From Thermoproteota archaeon (GTDB taxonomy: Archaea; Thermoproteota; EX4484-205; JAAOZP01): a stretch of DNA of 64,000 bases. A program made the position numbers and the translations under genes. The notes below the pieces were generated by a model that was not told the DNA's origin, searched no databases, and saw nothing but the letters and a program-made list of their open reading frames with translations. This document shows, piece after piece, positions 47,900 to 56,771 of the stretch (the stretch's first letter is position 1; each line of letters starts with the position of its first letter). The stretch covers positions 8,536-72,535 of the forward strand of contig JAWCMB010000001.1 in NCBI GenBank assembly GCA_038850115.1. Direction: 5' to 3'.

Positions 47900-49263
47900 C
47901 CCAGTATCCTCACCCCTTTCCGGGAGACGAGTGCTGTCTTCCCCTTGATCGCAAACCCATATCTGAAAGGCAGGAAGGATTCGGCAAGACTTCTCTCGCA
48001 TTCTACTAGAATCATGCCGCCGGCTTCGAAATCTAAGTATGCGTTAGGCTCTCCCAAAGTCAATACTTCAACAGGAGCATTAATCATTAAACACTGGTTG
48101 CTGTTCCTAAGCCATGCGGCAACAACGGGTTTAGAGGACGTTTTCTTTAGAAGAGCCTTGCTCGAAGCGTTTCCCGCGAAAACTACTTCAACCCCGTCGC
48201 GGCCCCTATACGTTTTAACAGGCTTCTCGCTGAGCCTGAAGCCTTTCTCCGCCAGCATTTTATCAACCCCGTCTCCTAAGCCATCCCCAGCCTTACCCTC
48301 GCCACCCGTCACAAGTACCACCGTATTCCTTCTTAACTGTGTCAAGCATATTTCGAGCGCCAGCTTCTCAGCCCTCTCTGAATCGCCGACTATCAACAGT
48401 CTTCCCGTCAACAGGTCTGTGTCAAAGCTGTAGCCCAAGACTTCGGAAACCGGCTTCACGCAAGGCTTTAAAGAACACCACTTCTCCAGAGCATGCTCCA
48501 CGCTCCCCACCGGTTCCGGGCTAAGCCTGCTAAGCTTCTCCGAGAGGCGTTTCAAACTCTGGGGGCTGTCGGAGGCGATTTCAACCCTTATTTTGAACGA
48601 ATTCCCGCTGGGCTTCGCTTCGCATAGTATTGCCGCCCCATCTGGAAGGATTTCCCCAGCTTTTTCCGCTAGGGATGAAAGGCTTCCCCTTAGCTCAAGC
48701 GTCTGACGGTGCTTGAACGATTCCATGAAAACATCCTCGGGAAGTCTAAGCCGGGCTCTCGCCTCGCCCTTGAAAACCCGCATAGCCCCTCTTACGCTGA
48801 ACCCATCGAGGAAAACAGCCTTGGGAACAGGTGCAACAGATAGGAGGAGCGTGTAGCCCTCCAGTTTAACAGGCTGCTTCTCGCACAGTATTCTCAGCCG
48901 GATTCCCCCGAGTCTCGTGAATGTTCTCAGCCTGAGGAAAACATATGTTAATGCCAGTATTAACCCTATTTGGATGTAGCTTGAGATATGGAGGATGGCT
49001 GCTGAAAAGGCTGCTGCCACCCATATTGAAAGGAATATTATCAGGCCCTTAAAGAGCCCTCTAACCCTGTTTTTGAAAGAACCCTTTAAAGGTATTAGGA
49101 GCGTTGCCGAAAACCCTATTATGACTATGGTGATCAGGCTCGACAATCCTTTCGGATCCAGGCCTAAGGAACGCCAGGCTGAGTCGATAAGGCTCTTAAC
49201 AAGTGCTCCTGCAACCAGTATTGTCATGAGCACCAGGATTTTTCTGATGAGTCCCCTCAGCAT
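47896..49263 (-). CDS. Membrane protein (455 aa): N-terminal ~4 TM helices plus a ~330 aa cytoplasmic domain of unknown function
   Basis: Hydrophobic segments within residues 1-110. Cytoplasmic part has no canonical P-loop (TGGEGKAG is not a Walker A). First gene of the coupled module. Confidence 0.45.
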   Translation of the reverse strand: MLRGLIRKILVLMTILVAGALVKSLIDSAWRSLGLDPKGLSSLITIVIIGFSATLLIPLKGSFKNRVRGLFKGLIIFLSIWVAAAFSAAILHISSYIQIGLILALTYVFLRLRTFTRLGGIRLRILCEKQPVKLEGYTLLLSVAPVPKAVFLDGFSVRGAMRVFKGEARARLRLPEDVFMESFKHRQTLELRGSLSSLAEKAGEILPDGAAILCEAKPSGNSFKIRVEIASDSPQSLKRLSEKLSRLSPEPVGSVEHALEKWCSLKPCVKPVSEVLGYSFDTDLLTGRLLIVGDSERAEKLALEICLTQLRRNTVVLVTGGEGKAGDGLGDGVDKMLAEKGFRLSEKPVKTYRGRDGVEVVFAGNASSKALLKKTSSKPVVAAWLRNSNQCLMINAPVEVLTLGEPNAYLDFEAGGMILVECERSLAESFLPFRYGFAIKGKTALVSRKGVRILG

Positions 49264-49443
49264 CCCTTATCACGCTCAGAAGCGTCGGGAGAACGTATTT
49301 ATGGCGTGTGCAAGCGAAAATTTGCGCTTGCAGTCAGCGGTAATTTCCGACAGGAAGCCTTATATAGAGGACCCTGAAAACGGCGTTAAAAACGTTTAAT
49401 AATCTTCTTATACGATGGTTTAGGACTAAAGCAGTGTCGGAAG

Positions 49444-50559
49444 ATGGATGTGAAAGTATCAGTAATAATCCCATCGTTCAAAGGCTCCCTACGGCTGGTT
49501 GAGCTTGTCAACAGGCTTGTCGAAGATAATTATCGTAATAAGGAGGTACTGGTTGTTGTCGACGCCCCCTCCACCGATGTTGCTGAGAGGCTCAAGCAAC
49601 AGCCTGTAAAAACCATCCTCCGGCAAAGTAGAGAGGGCAGGGTGAGCGCCCTTATTGAGGCTTTTAAACAGTCCTCTGGAGACCTTCTAATCTTCCTGGA
49701 TGACGACGTTTGTATAACGGGCGAAGGCTTCCTGTCTAGAGCCGTGGAGTCGATGAAAGGGTTTGAAATAGGCGAGTTCATGAAAACCGTTGAGGGAGAA
49801 GGGTTGCTCGCTCAGACGGTGAACTACGAGTTCATGTCTTTCAACTATGGAAGCATGGTTTTTGCGAATAAAACTGGGAAATGCCTAGGGTTGAACGGTG
49901 CAGCCTTCGCGATATGGAGGCAGGCTTACGAGAAGATAGGGGGCTTCAGGCGTAAGATACCGGATGACTTCGACCTCGGCATTAGAAGCTACGTCGCCGG
50001 GCTGCGCTTCGGCTTCGTGAAGAACCCCAGCGTGGTGAACTATGCTCCATCAAGCTGGAGGGACTGGTTTAGGCAGCGTGTAAGATGGGGTATCGGTGCC
50101 GCCGTCTGGGTTAGAGAGAACTGGCGCACACTTTTGAAAATAATTAGGGAGGAGCCGTCTCTAATACTGCTCCTGCTCTTCCTAATACTTCCGTCACTAG
50201 CCTCCTTCACCATAACCTTCTTCCTAAACACTCTTCTGGAGGACAGGCTTATATGGGTGGGGCTTCTCACGCTCTCATCACTATACTCTGGTCTACTGCC
50301 GTTTGCAACACTATTCTCCTACGGGCTGTTCGTCAAGATACTGCTTCTCTTCACCAAGACGCTCATAGCGCTCATAGCTGCATTCGCGTTTTTCTCATTA
50401 TTCTACTACAGGGTTGCCAAGGATATGCGGTTCAGGTTCAACCTGGCTAAATTCGCCTTCCTGTACTTCGTGTACTCGCCGCTCTGGTTTACAATACTTT
50501 TATCCGGCTTTATAAGGGTCTTCGTCTTCAACAAGAATACTCTGAAGGATAGGCCCTGA
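49444..50559 (+). CDS. Family-2 glycosyltransferase, processive type (QxxRW motif), with C-terminal multi-TM region
   Basis: VSVIIPSFKG (GT-A start), DxD FLDDDV, QRVRWGIG (Q(Q/R)xRW), then 4-5 TM helices. Confidence 0.75.
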   Translation: MDVKVSVIIPSFKGSLRLVELVNRLVEDNYRNKEVLVVVDAPSTDVAERLKQQPVKTILRQSREGRVSALIEAFKQSSGDLLIFLDDDVCITGEGFLSRAVESMKGFEIGEFMKTVEGEGLLAQTVNYEFMSFNYGSMVFANKTGKCLGLNGAAFAIWRQAYEKIGGFRRKIPDDFDLGIRSYVAGLRFGFVKNPSVVNYAPSSWRDWFRQRVRWGIGAAVWVRENWRTLLKIIREEPSLILLLLFLILPSLASFTITFFLNTLLEDRLIWVGLLTLSSLYSGLLPFATLFSYGLFVKILLLFTKTLIALIAAFAFFSLFYYRVAKDMRFRFNLAKFAFLYFVYSPLWFTILLSGFIRVFVFNKNTLKDRP

Positions 50560-50603
50560 TGACGCCCATAATCCTTTTAAAATTCCTTTGAAAAAGAATA
50601 CTG

Positions 50604-51236
50604 ATGGAACTGTCTCTAGAGGACGGTAGGCTGCTCGTCAGGATTGCGAGGAAATCCGTGGAGAAGTATCTCAGGGATGAAGCACTATTAAGCCCTCCGG
50701 CTGACCTGAAAAATGTTTTCTACGAGCCCTGCGGAGTCTTCGTCACCCTTAACAGGCTTACCGGTCCAGTAGGATCGGAACATAAAGAGCTCAGGGGCTG
50801 TATAGGCTTCCCGGAGCCTGTTAAGCCTCTGGTGGAAGCGGTGATAGAGGCAGCTGTGGCTGCGGCAGTTGAGGATCCGCGTTTCCCCCCGGTGGCTCTT
50901 GAAGAAATGAGCAGGATTGTGATAGATGTGAGCGTTTTGACTCCTCCTAGGCTTTTAGAAGTGAGGGATAGGAGGATGCTTCCGAAAGAGGTTAGTATAG
51001 GTAGGGACGGGCTTATTGTTGAACGCGGCTTCAACAGGGGCCTCCTGCTCCCCCAGGTTGCTGTGGAGGAGAACTGGGACCCTGAAACCTTTCTCTCATA
51101 CACCTGTATTAAAGCAGGCCTGCCTGTAGGCTGCTGGCTGGATGAAAAAACTAGAGTTTACAGTTTTCAAGCGATCGTCTTCGAAGAAACCTCTCCAAAC
51201 GGTGAAGTCAAGAAGGCTGAATTAGGCTATCCTTAA
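50604..51236 (+). CDS. AMMECR1-domain protein
   Basis: KELRGCIGFPEP contains the AMMECR1 LRGCIG signature; 210 aa. Confidence 0.8.
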   Translation: MELSLEDGRLLVRIARKSVEKYLRDEALLSPPADLKNVFYEPCGVFVTLNRLTGPVGSEHKELRGCIGFPEPVKPLVEAVIEAAVAAAVEDPRFPPVALEEMSRIVIDVSVLTPPRLLEVRDRRMLPKEVSIGRDGLIVERGFNRGLLLPQVAVEENWDPETFLSYTCIKAGLPVGCWLDEKTRVYSFQAIVFEETSPNGEVKKAELGYP

Positions 51237-51643
51237 TACCTCCTCCTCGGACCACGGTTAAACCTTCTGCCGCCGTAGCCTCCCTCAACCTCTTTCTCAG
51301 ACATGTTGAGAGAAGTGTCGACGCTCCCTATCTGGGCGTCGCTCTTCTCAATGGAACCGTATTTCCCTACGTTGAGTCTAAGAGTTCTCTGATAAACAGT
51401 CACATAACCGTTTTTAATCACTATAACGTCGTCCGGCTTAACTAGGTCAATGTTCTCGTTCCATAAAGTCAGCAGTATTGTTCCTGTTTCGTCACCGATC
51501 TTGGCTTCTGCAACCCTGTTCGTAGACCCTCCGTACCTTGATGTCACCTCTCTTGCTTCAGAGAGGGAGAGCACCTTGGCGAGAAGGTTCACGTGTTTGG
51601 AGTCGGTGTTAAGGTCTTTAACCTTAACGAACTGCTCCGCCAC
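51233..51643 (-). CDS. ssb: Single-stranded DNA-binding protein, crenarchaeal type (one OB fold plus flexible Gly/Arg tail)
   Basis: VLSLSEAREVTSRYGGSTNRVAEAKIGDETGTILLTLW...LRLNVG parallels Sulfolobus SSB (VLEASEAR...GDETG..KLTLW...LELNVG). Tail GGYGGRRFNRGPRRRY. Confidence 0.8.
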   Translation of the reverse strand: MAEQFVKVKDLNTDSKHVNLLAKVLSLSEAREVTSRYGGSTNRVAEAKIGDETGTILLTLWNENIDLVKPDDVIVIKNGYVTVYQRTLRLNVGKYGSIEKSDAQIGSVDTSLNMSEKEVEGGYGGRRFNRGPRRRY

Positions 51644-51738
51644 TTCTTCTCATCTCCGCGAAACCATTCTCAAGGCTGTATTTAACCTTTCCCCAAGGGA
51701 AAAACTTATCTTAGGTAGCGCACCATCTGAATAAGGTT

Positions 51739-51972
51739 ATGGAGGCGATAATATTCGTAAGGGTTTCAAGCGGTTTCCAAGGCAACGTTGAAAAAGTTCT
51801 TCAAATAAGAGGAGTGGAAAAGGTTTACGAGTTGACTGGAGACATAGACCTCCTCGTTGAAGTCGAAGTCCCATCTGAAACAGACCTCAGGAGGATAGTT
51901 GACGAGATTCTTAACGTTAAAGGTGTAGAATCAACGGACACCCGTATAGTATTATCTCACATAATGAAGTAG
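51739..51972 (+). CDS. Stand-alone RAM domain protein (Lrp/AsnC C-terminal ligand-binding domain only, 77 aa)
   Basis: AIIFVRV...VEKVYELTGDIDLLVEVEVPSETDLRRIVDEILNVKGVESTDTRIVL matches the AsnC C-terminal pattern (v.v...peV.e.y.vtG.yDl.l.v). No HTH domain. Confidence 0.65.
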   Translation: MEAIIFVRVSSGFQGNVEKVLQIRGVEKVYELTGDIDLLVEVEVPSETDLRRIVDEILNVKGVESTDTRIVLSHIMK

Positions 51973-52012
51973 ACGAAAAAAATATATGCGGCTGCACCCC
52001 TAACATATTAAG

Positions 52013-52258
52013 TTGCAGGCTTTCGTGCTCGCCAAGATAGGGAAGGGTTTCGACAGGGAGGAGGTTATGGAGGAGCTTCTCAGCATTGAGGAGGTTAGGG
52101 AGGTCATGGAGCTGACTGGAGACATAGACCTCCTAGTAAGGGTAGACGTTCTCGACGTTGAAAGGCTTATGAGGATCGTTTTAAAAATAAGAGGCGTCGA
52201 ATCCATCGTTACGACGGATACTCGGGTAGTGCTCTCAGTTGGAAACGCTAAAACCTGA
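52013..52258 (+). CDS. Stand-alone RAM domain protein (second tandem copy, 81 aa)
   Basis: FVLAKIG...VREVMELTGDIDLLVRVDVLDVERLMRIVLKIRGVESIVTTDTRVVL; paralogue of the preceding gene, 40 bp downstream. Confidence 0.65.
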   Translation: MQAFVLAKIGKGFDREEVMEELLSIEEVREVMELTGDIDLLVRVDVLDVERLMRIVLKIRGVESIVTTDTRVVLSVGNAKT

Positions 52259-52367
52259 GTAGCAGGTTCATGTCGAATAACTTCCCCTTTCACAGAATAC
52301 ATATTGCTCCCTATTCTCCATGGCGTGCTAGCCATCTCTAATTTTGTCTTCGGCGAGCCCTCCCCTT

Positions 52368-52940
52368 CTACGGTCCGCTTTCGTCAGGAGGATTAGTAGC
52401 CCGCTGCTCCTTCTCAGCCATCCTGAAAAACGTCCATGAAATGGAGTTAGCTAATTCTTTCAACCTTATCTTATCCCGGAAGTTCCTCAGAATAACTGCC
52501 TTCAACAAACCGTTTTCTTCCAAAATATCGTATGAGAACATTTGGTCTGGCCTAAGCTCGTTTTTAGCAGCCCGCTCCACATCCCTCTCCCTCATCGGCT
52601 CCAGTATTTTCCTTACTAGGAAGGCTTCAAAAGGAGAGACCGCTGTACTCAGCTTAAGCTCCGGGAGCGGTGTGACCCTGGCATATGTTTGATAGACTTC
52701 CATCTCCCCCACTTTAGTGTTCTTGTAGGTGAGCTCAAGCTTTTGAACCACCGCCTCAGCCTCAGCCTTCCTCATGACCTCGCCCCCGGTTTTAAAGCTC
52801 CTTGATGCCAGAAGATCGTCTACAACCTGCATAAGGCTGTCAAGCTTCTCAAGCTCTTCCTCAAGCCCAGCCTTTTTCTCAGTCAAGTATTTCTTAAGAT
52901 CCGCGAGCCTCTGGGTCTCCTCGTCTCTACTCTCCGACAA
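52368..52940 (-). CDS. Hypothetical protein (N-terminal coiled coil plus globular domain, 190 aa)
   Basis: ORF only. Confidence 0.35.
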   Translation of the reverse strand: MSESRDEETQRLADLKKYLTEKKAGLEEELEKLDSLMQVVDDLLASRSFKTGGEVMRKAEAEAVVQKLELTYKNTKVGEMEVYQTYARVTPLPELKLSTAVSPFEAFLVRKILEPMRERDVERAAKNELRPDQMFSYDILEENGLLKAVILRNFRDKIRLKELANSISWTFFRMAEKEQRATNPPDESGP

Positions 52941-53092
52941 GCCTAACTCCCTGTTTAACTCTACGTGTGGCTATAGATATGTTTTTACACGTGGCGAAGG
53001 GTCAGTGTTTTAAGCCGACCCCGGCTAAAAAGTTAAAACCCCCTGTAACTGTTTAAAAACGTTGAAAGGGTCTGGAACGGGGTGGTGGAGGA

Positions 53093-53458
53093 GTGTCTGA
53101 AAGAAAGCTCCCAATGGGTGAAAGCCTTGTTTTCGAGGGGCCTGCGAGGTTCATCGGAGGATCAACGTTCCTAGAGGCACCGTTGAAAGGCACGCTCGTT
53201 CTGACGACGCATAGAATACTCTTTGAAGAGTACGTGGGCAGGAGGAACAGGAGGACCGTCATCAGGCTTGAAGTACCCCTTAACGTCCTAGAGCAGGTTA
53301 AGCTGAGCGGCGGCGGCGTTCTGAGAAAACCAGTCGTCACGTTAATATACCATTCAGACAAAAACCTGCTTGAACAGCCCAGCTTCAGCGTGAAGGAAGC
53401 TAATTCCTGGCGGGCCTCGTTCTCACGGGTAAACATCGGGGGCTTCAGAATAGTTTAG
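53093..53458 (+). CDS. Hypothetical protein, possibly bacterial-type PH/GRAM-like domain
   Basis: LKGTLVLTTHRILFEE resembles the bPH/GRAM core (g.L.lTn.Rl.F). Weak. Confidence 0.35.
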   Translation: MSERKLPMGESLVFEGPARFIGGSTFLEAPLKGTLVLTTHRILFEEYVGRRNRRTVIRLEVPLNVLEQVKLSGGGVLRKPVVTLIYHSDKNLLEQPSFSVKEANSWRASFSRVNIGGFRIV

Positions 53459-53679
53459 ACGCAGAGCAGCGTCATTGTTCGTAAAACACCCTTGATACGC
53501 CTTATCTCTGAAACGACTCCGTCAAGCTGCTTAATATCATTAACCTCTGTTTTCACTATAAGGTCGTACTCGCCGTAGACGACATCGACATCCGTCACGT
53601 TGTCAACCCTTCTTATGGCTTCCTCGATATCCCTCTCCAAACCCACTTCGCACACTATCAGTAGATACGCCTTAAGCAT
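53455..53679 (-). CDS. Stand-alone RAM domain protein (third copy). Start taken at MLKAYLLIV; the track ORF extends to 53736.
   Basis: AYLLIVCEV...VDNVTDVDVVYGEYDLIVKTEVNDIKQLDGVVSEIRRIKGVLRTMTLL, an AsnC-C pattern. Confidence 0.55.
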   Translation of the reverse strand: MLKAYLLIVCEVGLERDIEEAIRRVDNVTDVDVVYGEYDLIVKTEVNDIKQLDGVVSEIRRIKGVLRTMTLLCV

Positions 53680-53720
53680 ATGCTTCCTATTGAAGAAATT
53701 GTTTTTAAAGTTTAAGGCTT

Positions 53721-53954
53721 GTGAAACATAAAACATATATAACTGTGCTTAGTGCGGAAACCGGAGTAATGATTAGGGCTCAACTAGACATGTCAATGTT
53801 CTTCCTCTTCTACATGATTGCAATCTTCCTAAGCTTCCTAGCCTTCTTAATAAGCGCCCTCTTGAAGCATAGGAGGGAAACACGTAGACTCAGAGAGAAG
53901 TTTAGGAGGCTTAGGGAACATCCCGAGCAGCCTTGGTTCACTGAGAAGGATTAA
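53721..53954 (+). CDS. Small membrane protein (one TM plus basic C-terminus), hypothetical
   Basis: FFLFYMIAIFLSFLAFLISALL hydrophobic helix followed by KHRRETRRLREKFRRLRE. Confidence 0.3.
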   Translation: MKHKTYITVLSAETGVMIRAQLDMSMFFLFYMIAIFLSFLAFLISALLKHRRETRRLREKFRRLREHPEQPWFTEKD

Positions 53955-54309
53955 AACTGCTTAGATCCATAGGGACAAGTATGAGGTTTAGTTCAACAGG
54001 TTTTTCACTCAGCCTCAACCCAATTATCTTCAGGCTCCTCCCGTCCCAGCTTAACCTGAAGCTTTCGATCCTCTCCGGAAGCACCCTGGTGATGCTTAGG
54101 ACCCCGGGTCCCGTGTTCTCTATGATAAGTGTTTTAATTTTTGCCACGCCCCTAGGCGTCGACAAGAGGAGTTTGAACCCGTCCCGGGTCTTCCTCAGTG
54201 TTGCTTTCAAAGTTTTCCCGGGAATCCTTATTTCTGTTTCACCCGGCTCAAGGTTTCTCAAGATAAGCGTATCCTCCTTCTTCAAATAAACGTAGCAAAG
54301 CCCACCCAT
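53938..54309 (-). CDS. Hypothetical protein (123 aa)
   Basis: ORF only. Confidence 0.3.
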   Translation of the reverse strand: MGGLCYVYLKKEDTLILRNLEPGETEIRIPGKTLKATLRKTRDGFKLLLSTPRGVAKIKTLIIENTGPGVLSITRVLPERIESFRLSWDGRSLKIIGLRLSEKPVELNLILVPMDLSSFNPSQ

Positions 54310-54511
54310 GCCTCATCAAAAACACTGTGGGCTTAAGATAAGCGTTTCCTACATCCCTACGGTATAGCTCGTGCTCATGATCTGCTTCACCATGCTCATC
54401 TCACATCGTTATCCGCGTTCAAGGAGTGGCTGCAGCTTAGGCGTTTTGAAGAACCTTCCAGCCCTATTCCACTCAAAGGCCTCCCTTTCCCCTCTATCCC
54501 TCAGTGAATAA

Positions 54512-55828
54512 GTGTTTATATGGGGATGTCTTATCCTTCACATGCTAACCGTCTGGGAGAACGCGGTTGAGGAGCTTCGGCTAAGGAGAATAGATGAGGG
54601 TCTTTTCATTCCTAGGTACGACTGCTTCTCACTCCCGAATCTTTCGAATAGTCTTATGAGGCTCATGGGTGTTAAGCCTGCGGGAAAAGAGCTGAGGGAC
54701 AGTATTCTTCCAGACTTGAAAAATCTGAACAAGGTTGTGCTTGTGATCATGGACGCTATGGGGCTGAATGTTTTCGAGAAGACTTCCCCGGAGCTTAAAC
54801 GCTTCTTAAACAGTTTTCTCGCGAAGCGGGGTATCTCTGTCAAGGCCTTAACATCCGTTTTCCCATCCACAACCTCGGCTGCACTGACAAGTCTCAACAC
54901 GGGTCTGACTCCTCAGGAGCACGGCATAGTGGCTTACACGCTTTTCATGAAGGAACTCGGCTCAATGGTTAACATGATTTCCCTAAGCCCTGTTAACGAC
55001 GAGAGGAGAAACAGGGTTTTCGAGCTCGGCATGGATGCTAGCAGGATTCTGGGAGTGAAGGTTCTCACGGAGAGACTTGAAGAATTAGGGGTTGATTCAA
55101 AAACCATAATCAGGTACGGAATCAGGAACAGCGGCCTGTCAACACTACTCTACAAGGGTTCCAAGATAGTCCCCGCATTAACTAGCGTGGATTTCGCTAC
55201 TAATCTCGCAAGACTCGTAAACGATAGGACTACAGAGTTCATAATTGCCTACTGGGATAGTTTCGACAGTCAGTCGCACTATTACGGGCCCTTCAGCACG
55301 GAGGCTGAGCTTGAGCTTCTAAATACTCTCTCTCTTCTAAGGGAAGTCACTGGCAGAGTTAAGCCCGATATTGCTAGAAAGACGCTCTTCGTAATGATTT
55401 CCGACCATGGCCAGTCAAGGGTTAGAGACGAAGAGTCTATCAGGCTTAACGACTTAAGCTGGCTCAAGGATTCTCTCGTGATACCTCCTGCTGGGGAGTC
55501 TAGGGCAGCCTACCTGTATCTTAAAGATGGTGTTAAGGGGTTTGAGAAGAATTTCCGCAGTAGGATCGGCCGGGGTATCTCGCTGTTTAAATCCCGGATG
55601 CTTCTGGATAAGGGTGTTTTCGGGCGGGGTGAAGTCAAGCCCTGTGTCGCAGACCGGATCGGAGACTATGTAGCCTTATCTAAGGGCGAGGGCAGACTCG
55701 TGTTCCATTATGATTTGAAGGAAAGAGTGGAACCGGAGTTTGTCAAGGCTGGTGCGCACGGCTCTCTGACGATGGATGAGCTCCTAGTCCCCCTCATCGC
55801 GTGTAGGCTTTCAGACTTCTCTGGGTAA
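54512..55828 (+). CDS. Alkaline-phosphatase-superfamily type I phosphodiesterase / nucleotide pyrophosphatase-like metalloenzyme
   Basis: VIMDAMG (metal-binding D), VFPSTTSAALTSLNTGLTPQEHGIV (NPP-family T.PS.T...TG..P..HGI block), SDHGQS. Confidence 0.65.
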   Translation: MFIWGCLILHMLTVWENAVEELRLRRIDEGLFIPRYDCFSLPNLSNSLMRLMGVKPAGKELRDSILPDLKNLNKVVLVIMDAMGLNVFEKTSPELKRFLNSFLAKRGISVKALTSVFPSTTSAALTSLNTGLTPQEHGIVAYTLFMKELGSMVNMISLSPVNDERRNRVFELGMDASRILGVKVLTERLEELGVDSKTIIRYGIRNSGLSTLLYKGSKIVPALTSVDFATNLARLVNDRTTEFIIAYWDSFDSQSHYYGPFSTEAELELLNTLSLLREVTGRVKPDIARKTLFVMISDHGQSRVRDEESIRLNDLSWLKDSLVIPPAGESRAAYLYLKDGVKGFEKNFRSRIGRGISLFKSRMLLDKGVFGRGEVKPCVADRIGDYVALSKGEGRLVFHYDLKERVEPEFVKAGAHGSLTMDELLVPLIACRLSDFSG

Positions 55829-56024
55829 AAGCTAAAACCACTGAGCGCTAGGGACTCATAGTTTAACTTCTTTTAATGCAGCAAAAAATTCCTTTTAAAG
55901 GTTTTTCAAAAGACATGGAGCACATAGCGAGCCCATGATATTTAGTAAGTCAAAACGCTCTTTAGTGCTTTCATAAAACATGTTAAGATTTAAAACTGGT
56001 TTTGATGCTGCCTGTAATGTTCAG

Positions 56025-56723
56025 ATGATGGAAGCAGTGCTGTTCGACCTCGACGGGACCCTGATAGAGTTCAACTATAACTATGTTTCAGCTAGAAGAC
56101 TAGTAATAGCTAGGATGATTGAGATGGGTGTTGACGGTAATGTTCTTTCAGAGTCGAAGCCTGTTTCCATAAACGTAGAGGACGCTATCATGTTCATGCG
56201 GAAAAAAGGACTCAACGAGGAGGAGTTAAGAGGTTTCAGAAGAAAGGTGTATGAAGCTGTGGAGCCCCTGGAGCTTGAAGCCGCTGTGAACCCTGTATTA
56301 AGGGAAGGAGCTTACAATCTTCTCTCATGGCTTGAAAAAAAGGGTGTGAAGATGGCTGTCTGCACGAACAACTGCAGCATGGCCTCCGAAATTATTCTCC
56401 GGAAAACATGTCTTAAAAAATTCTTCGTGCATGTCTTAACCCGGAACGATGCTGAAAGGCTTAAGCCTTTCCCTGACATTATTCTCAAGGCTTGTGAAAA
56501 GCTGGAAGTCCCTCCTTGGAAAACGGTTTACATCGGCGACTCTCCGATAGACGTGGCTGCAGCTAAGAACGCTGGGGTTAAGCCCATAGGAATAGCTTCC
56601 AGCCTCTGGAGTGCCGAAAAGCTTAGGGATGCTGGCGCGGAGCTTGTGGCTTTGAACCTGGATGAGCTTAAAGAATGTCTTTCCGGGTGGTTTAACTCAT
56701 CGCGCGTGTTGATTAAGCCCTAG
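56025..56723 (+). CDS. HAD-superfamily hydrolase (subfamily IA-like phosphatase)
   Basis: Motif I VLFDLDGTL. Late GDSPIDVAAAKNAG (motif IV GDxxxD). The track ORF starts 15 codons earlier at 55980. Confidence 0.75.
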   Translation: MMEAVLFDLDGTLIEFNYNYVSARRLVIARMIEMGVDGNVLSESKPVSINVEDAIMFMRKKGLNEEELRGFRRKVYEAVEPLELEAAVNPVLREGAYNLLSWLEKKGVKMAVCTNNCSMASEIILRKTCLKKFFVHVLTRNDAERLKPFPDIILKACEKLEVPPWKTVYIGDSPIDVAAAKNAGVKPIGIASSLWSAEKLRDAGAELVALNLDELKECLSGWFNSSRVLIKP

Positions 56724-56771
56724 CTTCCGAGGCGAAGTAAATATTATATAGCAGTAAAACATGCTTTACTT

